Shown here: piece after piece, positions 49,470 through 60,421 of the stretch
How positions within the stretch are numbered: position 1 is the stretch's first letter
Layout: the number at the start of each line of letters is the position of its first letter
Sequence record: OQ718158.1
DNA length: 64,000 nt
Strand: one strand, 5' to 3'
From: Escherichia phage vB_Ec-M-J
Position numbers and translations under genes: made by a program
The notes under the pieces: model-generated
The model's input: only the letters and a program-made list of their open reading frames with translations
What the model was told of the DNA's origin: nothing
The model's database searches: none

Positions 49470-50618
49470 TTATATTGATGGCATATCCAACACATATGAG
49501 TTGCTAGTAATTGATGAATATGTAGAATTTAAACCTGTACTATAAACATAATCACCTGCCCATAAGAATGTTCTATCCAATGTTGTATGTATTTCAATAT
49601 CATCATATGATGATAATGATATTTGTGCTAGTGTATATGTAGTAGCATCAATGTTTGAACCAATACCCAAAGTACCATTGTATTGTGATTGGGAGTTTTG
49701 ACCAGTTGCATATATACCAGATTTGGTTATTAAATGCTGATTGTACATTGACGTACCTTTAAACAATTTAATTAAATTAGAGTTAGGTGTAGTTATTGGT
49801 GCAGGAGCAAGTATTGTTGTTGTAGTGCCACCATCACCTAATTGTCCATATCGTTGGTAACCACCAGCGTATACCTGTTTAACTCCAGCCGTAGTTTCAA
49901 TAATAAAGAATGAACCATAGCCAGTAGTATTAAAGTCTATAATTTTATTTGTACTCAAACCAACATTATATCTAGTAAATGTTGTTGCATTTGCTGAACC
50001 ACCAGCATTCCCACCTACCATTTGCCCACTATAATAAAATGCTCCAGTACTGTCAGTATAAGCCATACAGTTCTCACTACCATAGATTTTTACTGGTGTA
50101 CTGGGGAAACTAGAGGTTATATTCACACATGTATTATATTTTGCAGTAGTTCCAGTAATTTCACCATTGTTGTTTTGCCCAATTACCCAAACTGTGTCAT
50201 CCGAACGTATAGCCATTGAGCTATAAAACGAGGATACAAATTGTTTAATAAAGGAACCAGGGAGAGAAGTAAGCATACTATTGATTTGTGCACTCACATT
50301 GGTCCATGTATTCACAACTGAATTGACACCTGCGGCTGCACCTGAACCAGAACTCCACCATGATTCATCATTCTTTTTAATCAATGTACCATTAGCAGAG
50401 CAATAAACATCAGCAACTGAACTATTAACTAATATCCATGCCCTCGCTGCTGTTGTATTACCAGTACCTAGCTGTCCTGCTGCATTACTACCCTTAGCAT
50501 ATAAATCTCCATTCTGCGTTAAAAGCATAGCATGTTGGTATCCAGTTGACAATTTCTTTATTTTTGGTAATGCTGGTGCTTCATTTCCATAATCAAACAT
50601 TCTAACAAAAGGTAACAT
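49470..50618 (-). CDS. MLPF-family beta-propeller protein, paralog 4
   Basis: MLPFVRMFDYGNEAP; AAGQLGTGNTT and YGQLGDGG blades; C-terminal YVLDMPSI. Confidence 0.7.
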   Translation of the reverse strand: MLPFVRMFDYGNEAPALPKIKKLSTGYQHAMLLTQNGDLYAKGSNAAGQLGTGNTTAARAWILVNSSVADVYCSANGTLIKKNDESWWSSGSGAAAGVNSVVNTWTNVSAQINSMLTSLPGSFIKQFVSSFYSSMAIRSDDTVWVIGQNNNGEITGTTAKYNTCVNITSSFPSTPVKIYGSENCMAYTDSTGAFYYSGQMVGGNAGGSANATTFTRYNVGLSTNKIIDFNTTGYGSFFIIETTAGVKQVYAGGYQRYGQLGDGGTTTTILAPAPITTPNSNLIKLFKGTSMYNQHLITKSGIYATGQNSQSQYNGTLGIGSNIDATTYTLAQISLSSYDDIEIHTTLDRTFLWAGDYVYSTGLNSTYSSITSNSYVLDMPSI

Positions 50619-50689
50619 AATTCCCTCCTTTATTCATTATACTATATTTAATCAAAAAGAAAAGCCAGTACTCAAGTACTGGCATTATC
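50619..50689 (-). promoter_or_regulatory. array intergenic module: hairpin terminator plus conserved TATAAT/SD box
   Basis: Minus-sense gccagtacttgagtactggc-TTTTCTTTTTGATTAAATATAGTATAATGAATAAAGGAGGGAATT-ATG. Confidence 0.55.
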
Positions 50690-51868
50690 TTAAAATTGTG
50701 GTAGTTGGTATTCAGTTAATGTCCATGTACCTGTAACTGTTCCATTCGGGGACATCCCTGTGTAGTATAATTTGCCACCAGCGTATACAAATAATGCATT
50801 GTCATTAGCAGCAACCATCGAAGTTTCTGGATCAAATACTACAGAAATTGGTAATTGTGATTGAACAAATACTGACGCATTGGTAGTTGAATTGTTACCA
50901 AGTTGTCCATAGTTGTTATACCCAGTACTGAAAATACGGCTACCATTTCTATATAATATACCCCTAGTACTTTGTGAATGTAGATCTATAAATTCAAAAT
51001 CGGAAACATTAGTTAATTGCAAATAAGTACTTTGTGGAGTTAGTGCTGTCTTATTCGTATTGGTTGTAACTCCATTACCTAATTGACCGTAAAATTGTGA
51101 TCCTAAACCATATAGCGGATAAGTACCATCTGAATAAAGAACTATACCCAACATCTTATTATGTGAAAGAATATCTATTGGATATTTCCCTGTACCAAAG
51201 TCGTATCTAGTCCAAGACGTTAATGTAGCCGACGCTGCCCCAGTTAACAAAGTACCAGTGGTAGTTGTGCCACATCGCCACGCTGAATTATCATTCTTAA
51301 TTATCCAAGTTGGACTATTAAAAAATGAACTAACCTTTTTAACATTAATATTGACCTGGGTTAATTCTGTAAGCATTGATGAACTTGAACCCAACTCATA
51401 TGTGGAGTTATTACCTATTGCATAAAGAACCCCACTATTTGTTAGTACAAACAAATTACGAACATTAGGATATATCTCTTTAATATCATCAATATTAATA
51501 CCCGAAAAATAAGAAGTACATTCCACAAAGGTAGTACTTTGTACTTCACTCGATGCACCTGTCCAGGTGTTCCATCCTGCATAATAAAATTTATTATCAT
51601 TAGTCTGTACTAAGCTATATGAAGAGTTCCTAGTGCACCAGAAATTTTTCACATTTTGCATTAATCGAACCCATGATGTCTGTGTTGTAGTATTACCCAG
51701 TCCGAAAATACCAGCATTGTTTCCACCGATACCCCACAAATCACCGTTACTATACTGTAGCATCAATGTATTGTTGGTGAACGCTGATGGTGCTTGCATT
51801 TTAATTACATTAGCTGATGGTGCAGGTTTAATATTCCCGTACTTAACCATTCTTGCAAAAGGTAACAT
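50690..51868 (-). CDS. MLPF-family beta-propeller protein, paralog 5
   Basis: MLPFARMVKYGNIKP; YGQLGNG blades; C-terminal EYQLPQF. Confidence 0.7.
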   Translation of the reverse strand: MLPFARMVKYGNIKPAPSANVIKMQAPSAFTNNTLMLQYSNGDLWGIGGNNAGIFGLGNTTTQTSWVRLMQNVKNFWCTRNSSYSLVQTNDNKFYYAGWNTWTGASSEVQSTTFVECTSYFSGINIDDIKEIYPNVRNLFVLTNSGVLYAIGNNSTYELGSSSSMLTELTQVNINVKKVSSFFNSPTWIIKNDNSAWRCGTTTTGTLLTGAASATLTSWTRYDFGTGKYPIDILSHNKMLGIVLYSDGTYPLYGLGSQFYGQLGNGVTTNTNKTALTPQSTYLQLTNVSDFEFIDLHSQSTRGILYRNGSRIFSTGYNNYGQLGNNSTTNASVFVQSQLPISVVFDPETSMVAANDNALFVYAGGKLYYTGMSPNGTVTGTWTLTEYQLPQF

Positions 51869-51943
51869 ATATTTTTCCTCCTTTATTCATTATACTATAT
51901 TTAATCAAAACGAAATGCCAGCACTCAAGTACTGGCATTATTG
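51869..51943 (-). promoter_or_regulatory. array intergenic module
   Basis: Same hairpin plus TATAATGAATAAAGGAGG box. Confidence 0.55.
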
Positions 51944-53134
51944 TTATAGTTGTCTTGGAGTATCAAGTACATATCTATTTGTACTAGGACCACCATCATC
52001 ATAAGTTCCGGTTGAATATATATTTTTCATATCAGCAGTTAGGAAAGTACGTAACGACCCTCGATATATTTTTATTTTATCATACATAGAATATGTTATT
52101 TCTGACGGCAATGGACATGCAGTAAATTTACCAATGGTAACATTAGAACCAACACCCAATGAACCAGCATAACTACTCGCATTTAAACCTGTTGCATATA
52201 CACCAGAACTCGTAACTAGTATACTAGATTGTGCTGGGTATCCAGTATGAATTGAATACAAAGTACCGGGTGGTAAGGTTGTACTATTATTTCCTAATAC
52301 TGCTCGTGCTGTACTAGACGTAGTGTTATTACCCCATGCCCCATTATTGGCGTTCCCACCCACTAGGAACTGACGTGCTCCTGTACTTGGATTCTCCACT
52401 AAAGCACTGACTGCACCAATTGTACATACAACATATTGTAATGTTTTTGTATATGTTGTACTTGGCTGATATAAAGTATATTGATTGTATGGAGTCCATG
52501 TATCAGTAGTACTTATACCTGATGTACTACCACCAATATATAAATTATTTTGTGTATCATAAAACATTACACAGCTATTTGTTGACTGTATTCGTGCAAT
52601 ATCAACATTAGGCGTGACAGCTTTTACAAATGATCCATCTGTTATTTGCTGAGTACTACCAGTACCATCAGCGAATTGTCTAGCCCCACTCCAACCAGTA
52701 CTCCATATTGTATTATTATCCATTAAGAAAGTAAACCAAGTAGTACCTGCATACATCTGTTTAATTGAAGTACCTGAACTTTGTGTGTACAAATTTTCAA
52801 TATATTGGTTATAACTTAAAAATGATGTAGTACTAGTTTCTAAACCAATATGACTACCATATCCACAATAAAAATAATTTAAGTCCTTATCTTGAACTAA
52901 CAAAGTTCCTTGTGTCATCCAGCAATCTTTGACATTTTCTCTAATTAATGTCCACGACCTTACTGCATTATTATTTCCGCGACCGAACTTCCCATAACTA
53001 TTATTTCCTCGTGCGTATAGTTGACCGTCAGTATAAAGTACAACCACATCAGTATCAGTTGGTATTATTTTCTTAATTAGAAGAGGTTCAGGTGTGATAT
53101 TCCCATAATCAAACAATCTAACAAAAGGTAACAT
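51944..53134 (-). CDS. MLPF-family beta-propeller protein, paralog 6
   Basis: MLPFVRLFDYGNITP; C-terminal YVLDTPRQL. Confidence 0.7.
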   Translation of the reverse strand: MLPFVRLFDYGNITPEPLLIKKIIPTDTDVVVLYTDGQLYARGNNSYGKFGRGNNNAVRSWTLIRENVKDCWMTQGTLLVQDKDLNYFYCGYGSHIGLETSTTSFLSYNQYIENLYTQSSGTSIKQMYAGTTWFTFLMDNNTIWSTGWSGARQFADGTGSTQQITDGSFVKAVTPNVDIARIQSTNSCVMFYDTQNNLYIGGSTSGISTTDTWTPYNQYTLYQPSTTYTKTLQYVVCTIGAVSALVENPSTGARQFLVGGNANNGAWGNNTTSSTARAVLGNNSTTLPPGTLYSIHTGYPAQSSILVTSSGVYATGLNASSYAGSLGVGSNVTIGKFTACPLPSEITYSMYDKIKIYRGSLRTFLTADMKNIYSTGTYDDGGPSTNRYVLDTPRQL

Positions 53135-53204
53135 ATTTTCCTCCTTTATTCATAATACTATATTTAACCAAAAAGAAAAGCCAGTACTTGATACTGGCGT
53201 AATG
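53135..53204 (-). promoter_or_regulatory. array intergenic module
   Basis: gccagtatcaagtactggc hairpin plus conserved box. Confidence 0.55.
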
Positions 53205-54347
53205 TCAATAAGCTTCCCACGGTAAGGGTGTCTTCCTAAATCCATACCTGGTTGTGGTCGCACCATCACCAGCAATGTATCGACCGATACCACATTGGTA
53301 TAACTCTGTACTACTACATATAGCACCACCAATAGTACCACTACTCCACAGAATTATATTAGAATATGTTATTGGTAAATCACTACATTTAGTATATACA
53401 CCAACGGTAGCAGTCCCACTAATACCACCAAACATACTTCGGTTAGCACCAGTATAATATATACCATCTGGACTCATAAATGCAGAGGTGTAAGTTGTAC
53501 TACAATCCACTGGACTTCTTATAGTATTAAGATCGCCTGGGTATGTCCTGACACCAAAGGTGTATACATTACCATCAGTTGTAATACCATTACCTAACTG
53601 CCCACTGTTTTGTCCACCACATGTAAGCAACAATGCAGAACCAGAAACAATTGCAGTAGCATTATACGAAGTACCCATCGCAATAGAAGCACCAGACAAT
53701 AGTTTTGGAGTAACAATAGCTGTTGTATTACCCTGGCCTAATTCACCATTGATATTTCGTCCCCATGCGTATATAGAAGTTGTATCCAATCGACATAGTA
53801 CTGAACCATAACTAAACGTATATCGCATGTCAATTACCGCATTAGGCAAATTAACCTTAGTTGCAACACTAATAACACCACCAGTAACACCACTGTTTGC
53901 GTTCATGTTACGACCATATGCATATAAAGAACCATCTGAAGTTTTAATATGCATCATACCATCTGTACAATACAATGCATCTATACTATCCACTGCAACC
54001 GGACCCATACTGGTAGTTATATCGGTCCACCCAAGCGTGGTAGTACTGGAAATTAAGTTATTTCCGGCGTATAGTATTCTATTATTATTAGTAACTACAA
54101 CTGTATATCTGGCAGTAACACCAATTAATCGAACATCAGTATATATCTTAGACCACGCACCTAATGAATTGGTGTTTGCATCCAAAAAGCCCAACTGCCC
54201 ATCTGTATTGTATCCAATACCCCATACATCACCTGCACTGTCCAATAACACTTCATGTGAAAATCCAATCTTAAAATCTTTTATTGTAGGAACTACCGGA
54301 ACTGGTGCAATATTCCCGTACTTAACCATTCTAGCAAAAGGTAACAT
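53205..54347 (-). CDS. MLPF-family beta-propeller protein, paralog 7
   Basis: MLPFARMVKYGNIAP; DGQLGF, GELGQGNTT and SGQLGNG blades. Confidence 0.7.
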   Translation of the reverse strand: MLPFARMVKYGNIAPVPVVPTIKDFKIGFSHEVLLDSAGDVWGIGYNTDGQLGFLDANTNSLGAWSKIYTDVRLIGVTARYTVVVTNNNRILYAGNNLISSTTTLGWTDITTSMGPVAVDSIDALYCTDGMMHIKTSDGSLYAYGRNMNANSGVTGGVISVATKVNLPNAVIDMRYTFSYGSVLCRLDTTSIYAWGRNINGELGQGNTTAIVTPKLLSGASIAMGTSYNATAIVSGSALLLTCGGQNSGQLGNGITTDGNVYTFGVRTYPGDLNTIRSPVDCSTTYTSAFMSPDGIYYTGANRSMFGGISGTATVGVYTKCSDLPITYSNIILWSSGTIGGAICSSTELYQCGIGRYIAGDGATTTRYGFRKTPLPWEAY

Positions 54348-54423
54348 AATTCCCTCCTTTATTCATTATACTATATTTAATACAAAAAAGAAAAGCCAGC
54401 ACTCAAGTACTGGCATTTTAATT
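54348..54423 (-). promoter_or_regulatory. array intergenic module
   Basis: Hairpin plus conserved box. Confidence 0.55.
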
Positions 54424-55572
54424 TTAACGAGGTATAACTATTTTTTTGAATAATCCAGTATTTCCTGCATTTTCTTCTTCATATGGAATTGTACCCATAC
54501 CAGCAGTTCTGCCACCATTCCCTGAACCATACAGTTCTCCATTCTTAATCATGAATGTTATCATATAACCATGTGTCATTTTATCATATGGAACTGGTTC
54601 AGTTATATTATTACATGCTCGCCATGTACTAATAACACTAGAGTTCGTTATACCATCACCTGATGCGTTTCCTCGACCAGCGAAATACCATATCCCACCT
54701 GCTCTAACGTGTGCTTCATAATTAGAACCACCTATGTAATCAATCGCAGTACTAGGAATACTAGAAGCTGGTATCTTTGTGATTGTTCTAAGACTGTTAA
54801 TAGTGCCATTAGTACCATCACCCAACTGTCCATATATTTGTGAACCGAATACATATAGCCCATCACTCTTTAATACGTAATTAGCACTATATGCATTTTC
54901 TGAATTTACCTGTAATACTCCAGTAGTAACAGTAGTCAATGTGGTGGTAGTTGTACCAGTCGAACCAATACTAGATTTATTCCCACTGTACTTTAATATT
55001 CCATTATTGTATAATACAAATGAAGCATTATCAGCGGTTACACCAATATCTTTAACATCAACTTCTGGTGTCAATGTCAGTACTGATACTCTTTGGTCAA
55101 CAGCCCCAGTAAAAACTTCACCGTTGTTATTGTAACCCATCTTATATAATTTATTATCTATTGTTAATAATAATGTAACGCCGTTTCCTATAACTATTTT
55201 ACTATATGTGTCATTCACATCATCAAAAATACCAAGTATTTCTGTCCATACACGATAAGTAGTATTAACACCACGATAGATTTGAGCACCAGTACTCCAC
55301 CATGTGCCATCATTTTTACGTACTAATATTCCATGTGTATTACCAGTAGTCCAAAATTCCTTTACATCAGTTAAACATAAAACCCACTCTTCAACTATAG
55401 TAGGAGAACTACTACCAGTACCTAATTGATAGTAAAAATTATGCCCTCTGCCATATAATCTTCCGTCTTCTAATAAAATAAACACATTATTCTGTAAAAC
55501 TTTTACCATCTTTATACCAACTGGCACAGGTGCTTCATTCCCATAATCAAACATTCTAACAAAAGGTAACAT
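54424..55572 (-). CDS. MLPF-family beta-propeller protein, paralog 8
   Basis: MLPFVRMFDYGNEAP; YYQLGTG and YGQLGDG blades. Confidence 0.7.
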   Translation of the reverse strand: MLPFVRMFDYGNEAPVPVGIKMVKVLQNNVFILLEDGRLYGRGHNFYYQLGTGSSSPTIVEEWVLCLTDVKEFWTTGNTHGILVRKNDGTWWSTGAQIYRGVNTTYRVWTEILGIFDDVNDTYSKIVIGNGVTLLLTIDNKLYKMGYNNNGEVFTGAVDQRVSVLTLTPEVDVKDIGVTADNASFVLYNNGILKYSGNKSSIGSTGTTTTTLTTVTTGVLQVNSENAYSANYVLKSDGLYVFGSQIYGQLGDGTNGTINSLRTITKIPASSIPSTAIDYIGGSNYEAHVRAGGIWYFAGRGNASGDGITNSSVISTWRACNNITEPVPYDKMTHGYMITFMIKNGELYGSGNGGRTAGMGTIPYEEENAGNTGLFKKIVIPR

Positions 55573-55643
55573 ATTTCCCTCCTTTATTCATTATACTATA
55601 TTTAATTCAAAAAGAAAAGCCAGTATCAAGTACTGGCATTATG
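55573..55643 (-). promoter_or_regulatory. array intergenic module
   Basis: Hairpin plus conserved box. Confidence 0.55.
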
Positions 55644-56753
55644 TTATTTTGGTAAATCAATTTTAGTAAAGACTGCAACATCCTCGCTTGCCCCTGGGAT
55701 GGCGTAATAAGAACCAGTACTATATACATCTCCGTCTTTTGTTAATATTGAAGTTAAACCATCACTAAAAAGAACATCACTAATCTCACTAACTGAAACA
55801 GGTAATTGTAAATTAGTAGCACTATATATTGCACCAGTTTGAGAATTGTTTAATCCCAAACCACGGTTCGCCCCAACACCCTTCTGATATGTACTAGTAA
55901 TTATAATTTGTGTAGCAGTATTTAATGCAGGTGAATTCGTCATAAACAACGGAGAACTATTAGGCAAAGAACTTACAGGAACTGCACGAAATGTAGTTGT
56001 ATCTGAACTAAGAAAGTTTGGCGTTTGACCACATACGAAATATGATGTACCATTATAGTAATTAAATGCATTACCACCTATAGCTGCATCTATTACTCCA
56101 GTACTACGTAATCCCCACGTGTTAATTTGTGTTCGGTTCCCCGTGCCATGCTGACCCCTGTCATTCCACCCAGAACTATATAACTTATTATCTAATGTAA
56201 TATACATACTGTCATTTGAATTCGTCATTACTTTACGCACATTAGTAGCACATTGAGTTAATGTGTAAATTGATGATGAACCAATACCTAAAGCACCACG
56301 ATATCCATTAGCCCCTGCACCATAGAGTACTGAACTAGTGCTAAGTACAAATATTAAACCATACGAACATACTATATCAGCAATTTCATTTACCGATAGT
56401 ACACTCGTAAACCACGCAGTCCTATCAACTAATACAGTACTGTAAGAAGTCCCAGTAGAAGACGAAAACCAATAAGTCTCACCAGCAGTCCATATAGTAT
56501 TGTCACTCTTAATAACAACAACTGTACGATCACCAGCAAAAAAATTAGTAACTTCTGTACTCACTAATCTCCATGAAGATACAGTGTTGGTATTACCATT
56601 TCCAGATTCACCACCTTGATTTCTACCTATGTAATATAAATCATGTGAATCAGTCAATAAGAATTGACCCTGTGTAGACGCACCAACTTTTATTATATTT
56701 TTAGGACCAGGTGTGATATTCCCATAATCAAACATTCTTACAAAAGGTAACAT
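55644..56753 (-). CDS. MLPF-family beta-propeller protein, paralog 9
   Basis: MLPFVRMFDYGNITP; RGQHGTGNRT blade; C-terminal FTKIDLPK. Confidence 0.7.
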   Translation of the reverse strand: MLPFVRMFDYGNITPGPKNIIKVGASTQGQFLLTDSHDLYYIGRNQGGESGNGNTNTVSSWRLVSTEVTNFFAGDRTVVVIKSDNTIWTAGETYWFSSSTGTSYSTVLVDRTAWFTSVLSVNEIADIVCSYGLIFVLSTSSVLYGAGANGYRGALGIGSSSIYTLTQCATNVRKVMTNSNDSMYITLDNKLYSSGWNDRGQHGTGNRTQINTWGLRSTGVIDAAIGGNAFNYYNGTSYFVCGQTPNFLSSDTTTFRAVPVSSLPNSSPLFMTNSPALNTATQIIITSTYQKGVGANRGLGLNNSQTGAIYSATNLQLPVSVSEISDVLFSDGLTSILTKDGDVYSTGSYYAIPGASEDVAVFTKIDLPK

Positions 56754-56763
56754 ATTTCTCTCC

Positions 56764-57894
56764 TTAATTTAATAATGCCCCTGGCAAATCCACTTTGACG
56801 AATTGTGCATATGCTGAGGAATTTTGATCAAAGTTTGGTCCCAATCCATAAAATGAGCTAATGCCGTCTTCATTTGTGTATATGATATAAACGTTCTTTA
56901 CATCATTTCCGCATATAAATCGAATGTCTTTCGTTTGTGTTCCCGCTGGAACATTACGAAGGTTCACAACGCCATTACTTGCATTGTTATCAGCCGACGC
57001 AATTGGTAATTGATTTTGACCATATTGACCACGCATATTTTTTGCATCTAAACCAAACACAGTATCTGATACCGCACCAACTTTCAAAAATGAACCAAAA
57101 CTATTATTGAATGACTTTGGAAATGTACCACTATAAACACTTCTCCCATCTGATAATACCGCTGAACTGAATTTCCCGCTATTCGATATGGCAAATTCAT
57201 TGTAAGGAAGTGTACCCATTTTGGTATATACAGAATATGAATTAGTGGAAGTATTATCAATAATCTTATTACCATTATATCCAATACCATACTGGTATCC
57301 GTCTGCATCTTGAACTATACACAAAGGACCACTTGGGGTTTGTGTCAACGAAACAACACGTTCAACTTGTATATCACCAAATGTATTTCTTCGCCATGTT
57401 CTATCTATTATAGTACTAGTATTACCCAAAGATAATGCCACACTATATAATAGATTGTTTTCAGTAAAAATGGCAACATAATATGCGTGGTTAATAACTT
57501 GCTTCATCCCAGCATCAATAACTTCCTGTGGAATATGATCAGTAACATCCAACCAATCAAGGTTAGATGATGCAATATCTGGAGTACTGAATTTGTCAAA
57601 TCTAGTTGAGCCACAAACTAGCACTCTATCATCATTTGTCAAAGCCACTGTGCTAGTCTGCATATTAGAACTGAATGATTTAACATTACTAATGTTAGAC
57701 TTGTACCAACCCTTATCAGCAGCACCCACCGTGAATCCGGTTCCCATTGATCCACTTGTACTTGTACCATAAGCCCACATCTCACCACTATATGTTAGTG
57801 CCATACAGTGGCTTCCATTTGCTTGGAAATCCTTTATACCAGTGGGAGCAACCACTGTATTCCCATAATCAAACATTCTAACAAAAGGTAACAT
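56764..57894 (-). CDS. MLPF-family protein, paralog 10
   Basis: MLPFVRMFDYGNTVV; only 10 nt from paralog 9 start; C-terminal FVKVDLPGALLN. Confidence 0.7.
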   Translation of the reverse strand: MLPFVRMFDYGNTVVAPTGIKDFQANGSHCMALTYSGEMWAYGTSTSGSMGTGFTVGAADKGWYKSNISNVKSFSSNMQTSTVALTNDDRVLVCGSTRFDKFSTPDIASSNLDWLDVTDHIPQEVIDAGMKQVINHAYYVAIFTENNLLYSVALSLGNTSTIIDRTWRRNTFGDIQVERVVSLTQTPSGPLCIVQDADGYQYGIGYNGNKIIDNTSTNSYSVYTKMGTLPYNEFAISNSGKFSSAVLSDGRSVYSGTFPKSFNNSFGSFLKVGAVSDTVFGLDAKNMRGQYGQNQLPIASADNNASNGVVNLRNVPAGTQTKDIRFICGNDVKNVYIIYTNEDGISSFYGLGPNFDQNSSAYAQFVKVDLPGALLN

Positions 57895-57971
57895 AACTAA
57901 TTCTCCAAATTCAAATAATTATAATGTATTTACAAAAAAAATACCAGCACATATTTCAGTACTGGTATCAT
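57895..57971 (-). promoter_or_regulatory. array intergenic module (variant box)
   Basis: Hairpin with cagtactg core plus TGTAAATACATTATAAT and GGAG SD. Confidence 0.5.
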
Positions 57972-59153
57972 TTATGGTAAAATGATAGATTGTAACGAAC
58001 TCATACCCAATGCTGGAACACTAGCCTGTGGTGCTGGAGAATTCAATTTTGGTGATGAAACCGCATATGACATTCCTGAACCCAAATCTGGATCAAAAAC
58101 TACAGCACAATAATTCCCACTATATATAAGTCCATTCTTGTATCCTTGTGCACTTTGAATGCATTTCGTGAACGTACCAATATCTGTAGTGGCATTTATT
58201 AAGTTCCTCCCACGATAACCGCAGGTGTATATGAAATTATCATCGCCTATGTACATACTAGAATCCCCAGAAGAACTACATAGATACGACATATAAGCAC
58301 GCATGTTTTTAGGAGCAACTGACAATGTACCTGCATAGAATTTATTATTCGAACCCGTAATATCACCATCACCCAATGCACCAAAACTTCCCCAGCCAGT
58401 ACCATAATATCTCTTATCACTCAAGAATATAATACAGTTGTTATTACACATCTTGACTTGATATATCAATGAAGGATCAACCCCAGGGAATGATTCAGTG
58501 TATGTTAGAACAGCCAGATCAGTACTAGCATTACATTGATGATATGTATTAGTACCAGCGGACAAGATTGTTCCATTAGCTAACAGAATTCTCGCAGTAC
58601 CAGTACCAGCAGTACAAGCAACTGCACTTCCTGCACTTCCGGTGTATATTTGTCTGAAAGTAAAGAAACCAACAGTTTTACTTCCCTGCCCACTCCAACC
58701 AGTATTATCAACTCCACACGCCCATACTGAACCATCTTGCATGATCATCATTACACCAAAGCGTTCTATTGAAATATAAACAATCTTCGTTGTATCAACT
58801 GCACTAAATCTAGAAGTTATATCAGTCCATACCTTAACACTTACCGCCGTCGCACTGGAAGTAGGATCTTCACCAGCTATCATTATCCTCCCATTGTTAG
58901 TAAGATACATTGTCTGACTATAACCAGTACTACAAAACTTAACACTATCAGTCTCTGGAACTTTTAACCACTCGTTGTAACGTGTTACGTTAGTGTTATT
59001 ACCTAACTGATAATAGTTATTCATCCCAGATACATATAACACACCATCCTTTATTAAACTATAAGTCGCACTATAGTCACTACAGGTATAACGTGTACCC
59101 ACAGGTCGCTCAACGACGTTCCCATAATCAAACATTCTAACAAAAGGTAACAT
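57972..59153 (-). CDS. MLPF-family protein, paralog 11
   Basis: MLPFVRMFDYGNVVE; divergent body. Confidence 0.7.
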   Translation of the reverse strand: MLPFVRMFDYGNVVERPVGTRYTCSDYSATYSLIKDGVLYVSGMNNYYQLGNNTNVTRYNEWLKVPETDSVKFCSTGYSQTMYLTNNGRIMIAGEDPTSSATAVSVKVWTDITSRFSAVDTTKIVYISIERFGVMMIMQDGSVWACGVDNTGWSGQGSKTVGFFTFRQIYTGSAGSAVACTAGTGTARILLANGTILSAGTNTYHQCNASTDLAVLTYTESFPGVDPSLIYQVKMCNNNCIIFLSDKRYYGTGWGSFGALGDGDITGSNNKFYAGTLSVAPKNMRAYMSYLCSSSGDSSMYIGDDNFIYTCGYRGRNLINATTDIGTFTKCIQSAQGYKNGLIYSGNYCAVVFDPDLGSGMSYAVSSPKLNSPAPQASVPALGMSSLQSIILP

Positions 59154-59226
59154 AATAAAATCTCCGTAATTAAATTATATAGTATTTACAAAAAATACCA
59201 GTACATATTTCAGTACTGACCTATTA
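59154..59226 (-). promoter_or_regulatory. array intergenic module (variant box)
   Basis: Hairpin plus GTAAATACTATATAAT and GGAGA SD. Confidence 0.5.
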
Positions 59227-60348
59227 TTAAAAGGGCAACGGTAACTCAGTAAAAGTACTTACGTCCGGTAAACCATACATTGAATTAGCATCACCACAGT
59301 AATACCACTTCGTAGAATCATGTACCACCGATAAACGCTGTGCACATAACACTTCCTGTATGTCATTAAACACCATCGGGACTAACTCATATGTATCCGC
59401 AAATGAAGATACACCACCACTCGCATGAAAAGTATTCGTCCCAGCATAAAATAACTGATTAGTGTTCTTACCCACAGCAAATGTCATCAATATCCCATCA
59501 TTCTCCCATAAAGAAGAAAACTTATCAACACTACCAGAAAGCTCTGTGTAAGTACTCGTAATGGCACTCGCAGCCGCCGCATTACCCATCTGTTTATTCA
59601 AGTTCTGTCCAGCAATAAAATATCTCGTGCGTGCACTAGAATCAGTATATAATAACCCAGTGTTCGTAGTCATCATTCCAATGTCCTTAATCGTCATACC
59701 AGTCTGTGAATAACTTAGATACGAAGTTAAACTACCATTATTACCCAACGAACCGTTATCACTCATGCCACAACGATGTAATATACCACTTGTATCAACG
59801 TAGATAGTACTAACTAAACTCGTATACAACTCTTGTACATTATTCGCAATAAACACAGCAGTCGCCTTATTACTAACCCCACCAAATGATAGGTTATTAT
59901 CAAATCCCTTAGCGTATAATTGATTATTAGTAGTCAATAATCCAATCGTGAAATAAGACATTTTCATATCCCTTACTGTACTCAAATCTACTGCCCCAAA
60001 TTGGTGCGTAACATCTGTCCATGTGAAAATCTGTGCACTACCAACACCACCCGTTTCAAACCATTTGTCACCACAGTACAATATGCGATTACCCTTAGTA
60101 AAGATAACTGTTACCAATCCACTACCACACGCAAACTTTACATCACTTCTAACCTTCGTCCAATCAAGTACATAGGTAGTGGTGTTATTACCTATACCTA
60201 ACTTGCCATAACGGTTATAACCACGCACCCACAAATCACCACTCTTAGTAATTAATAGTAATGCGTCTCCTGTACTTATTATTCGAAATCCCGAACTAGG
60301 ATCAGGTACTTCATTTCCATAATCAAACATTCTAACAAAAGGTAACAT
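59227..60348 (-). CDS. MLPF-family protein, paralog 12
   Basis: MLPFVRMFDYGNEVP; C-terminal FTELPLPF. Confidence 0.7.
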   Translation of the reverse strand: MLPFVRMFDYGNEVPDPSSGFRIISTGDALLLITKSGDLWVRGYNRYGKLGIGNNTTTYVLDWTKVRSDVKFACGSGLVTVIFTKGNRILYCGDKWFETGGVGSAQIFTWTDVTHQFGAVDLSTVRDMKMSYFTIGLLTTNNQLYAKGFDNNLSFGGVSNKATAVFIANNVQELYTSLVSTIYVDTSGILHRCGMSDNGSLGNNGSLTSYLSYSQTGMTIKDIGMMTTNTGLLYTDSSARTRYFIAGQNLNKQMGNAAAASAITSTYTELSGSVDKFSSLWENDGILMTFAVGKNTNQLFYAGTNTFHASGGVSSFADTYELVPMVFNDIQEVLCAQRLSVVHDSTKWYYCGDANSMYGLPDVSTFTELPLPF

Positions 60349-60421
60349 ATATCCCTCCTTTATTCATTATACTATATTTAATCAAAAAAGAAATGCCAGT
60401 ACTCAAGTACTGGCATAGTAT
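60349..60421 (-). promoter_or_regulatory. array intergenic module
   Basis: tgccagtactcaagtactggca hairpin plus conserved box. Confidence 0.55.

Noticed and set aside
53827-54453. 208-aa plus-strand ORF and other plus-strand ORFs within 47900-62200
   Set aside because: They are antisense to array genes that carry conserved starts, Shine-Dalgarno sites and terminators; the Pro/Ile/Val-rich products are typical of reverse reading of Gly/Thr/Asn-rich coding sequence.
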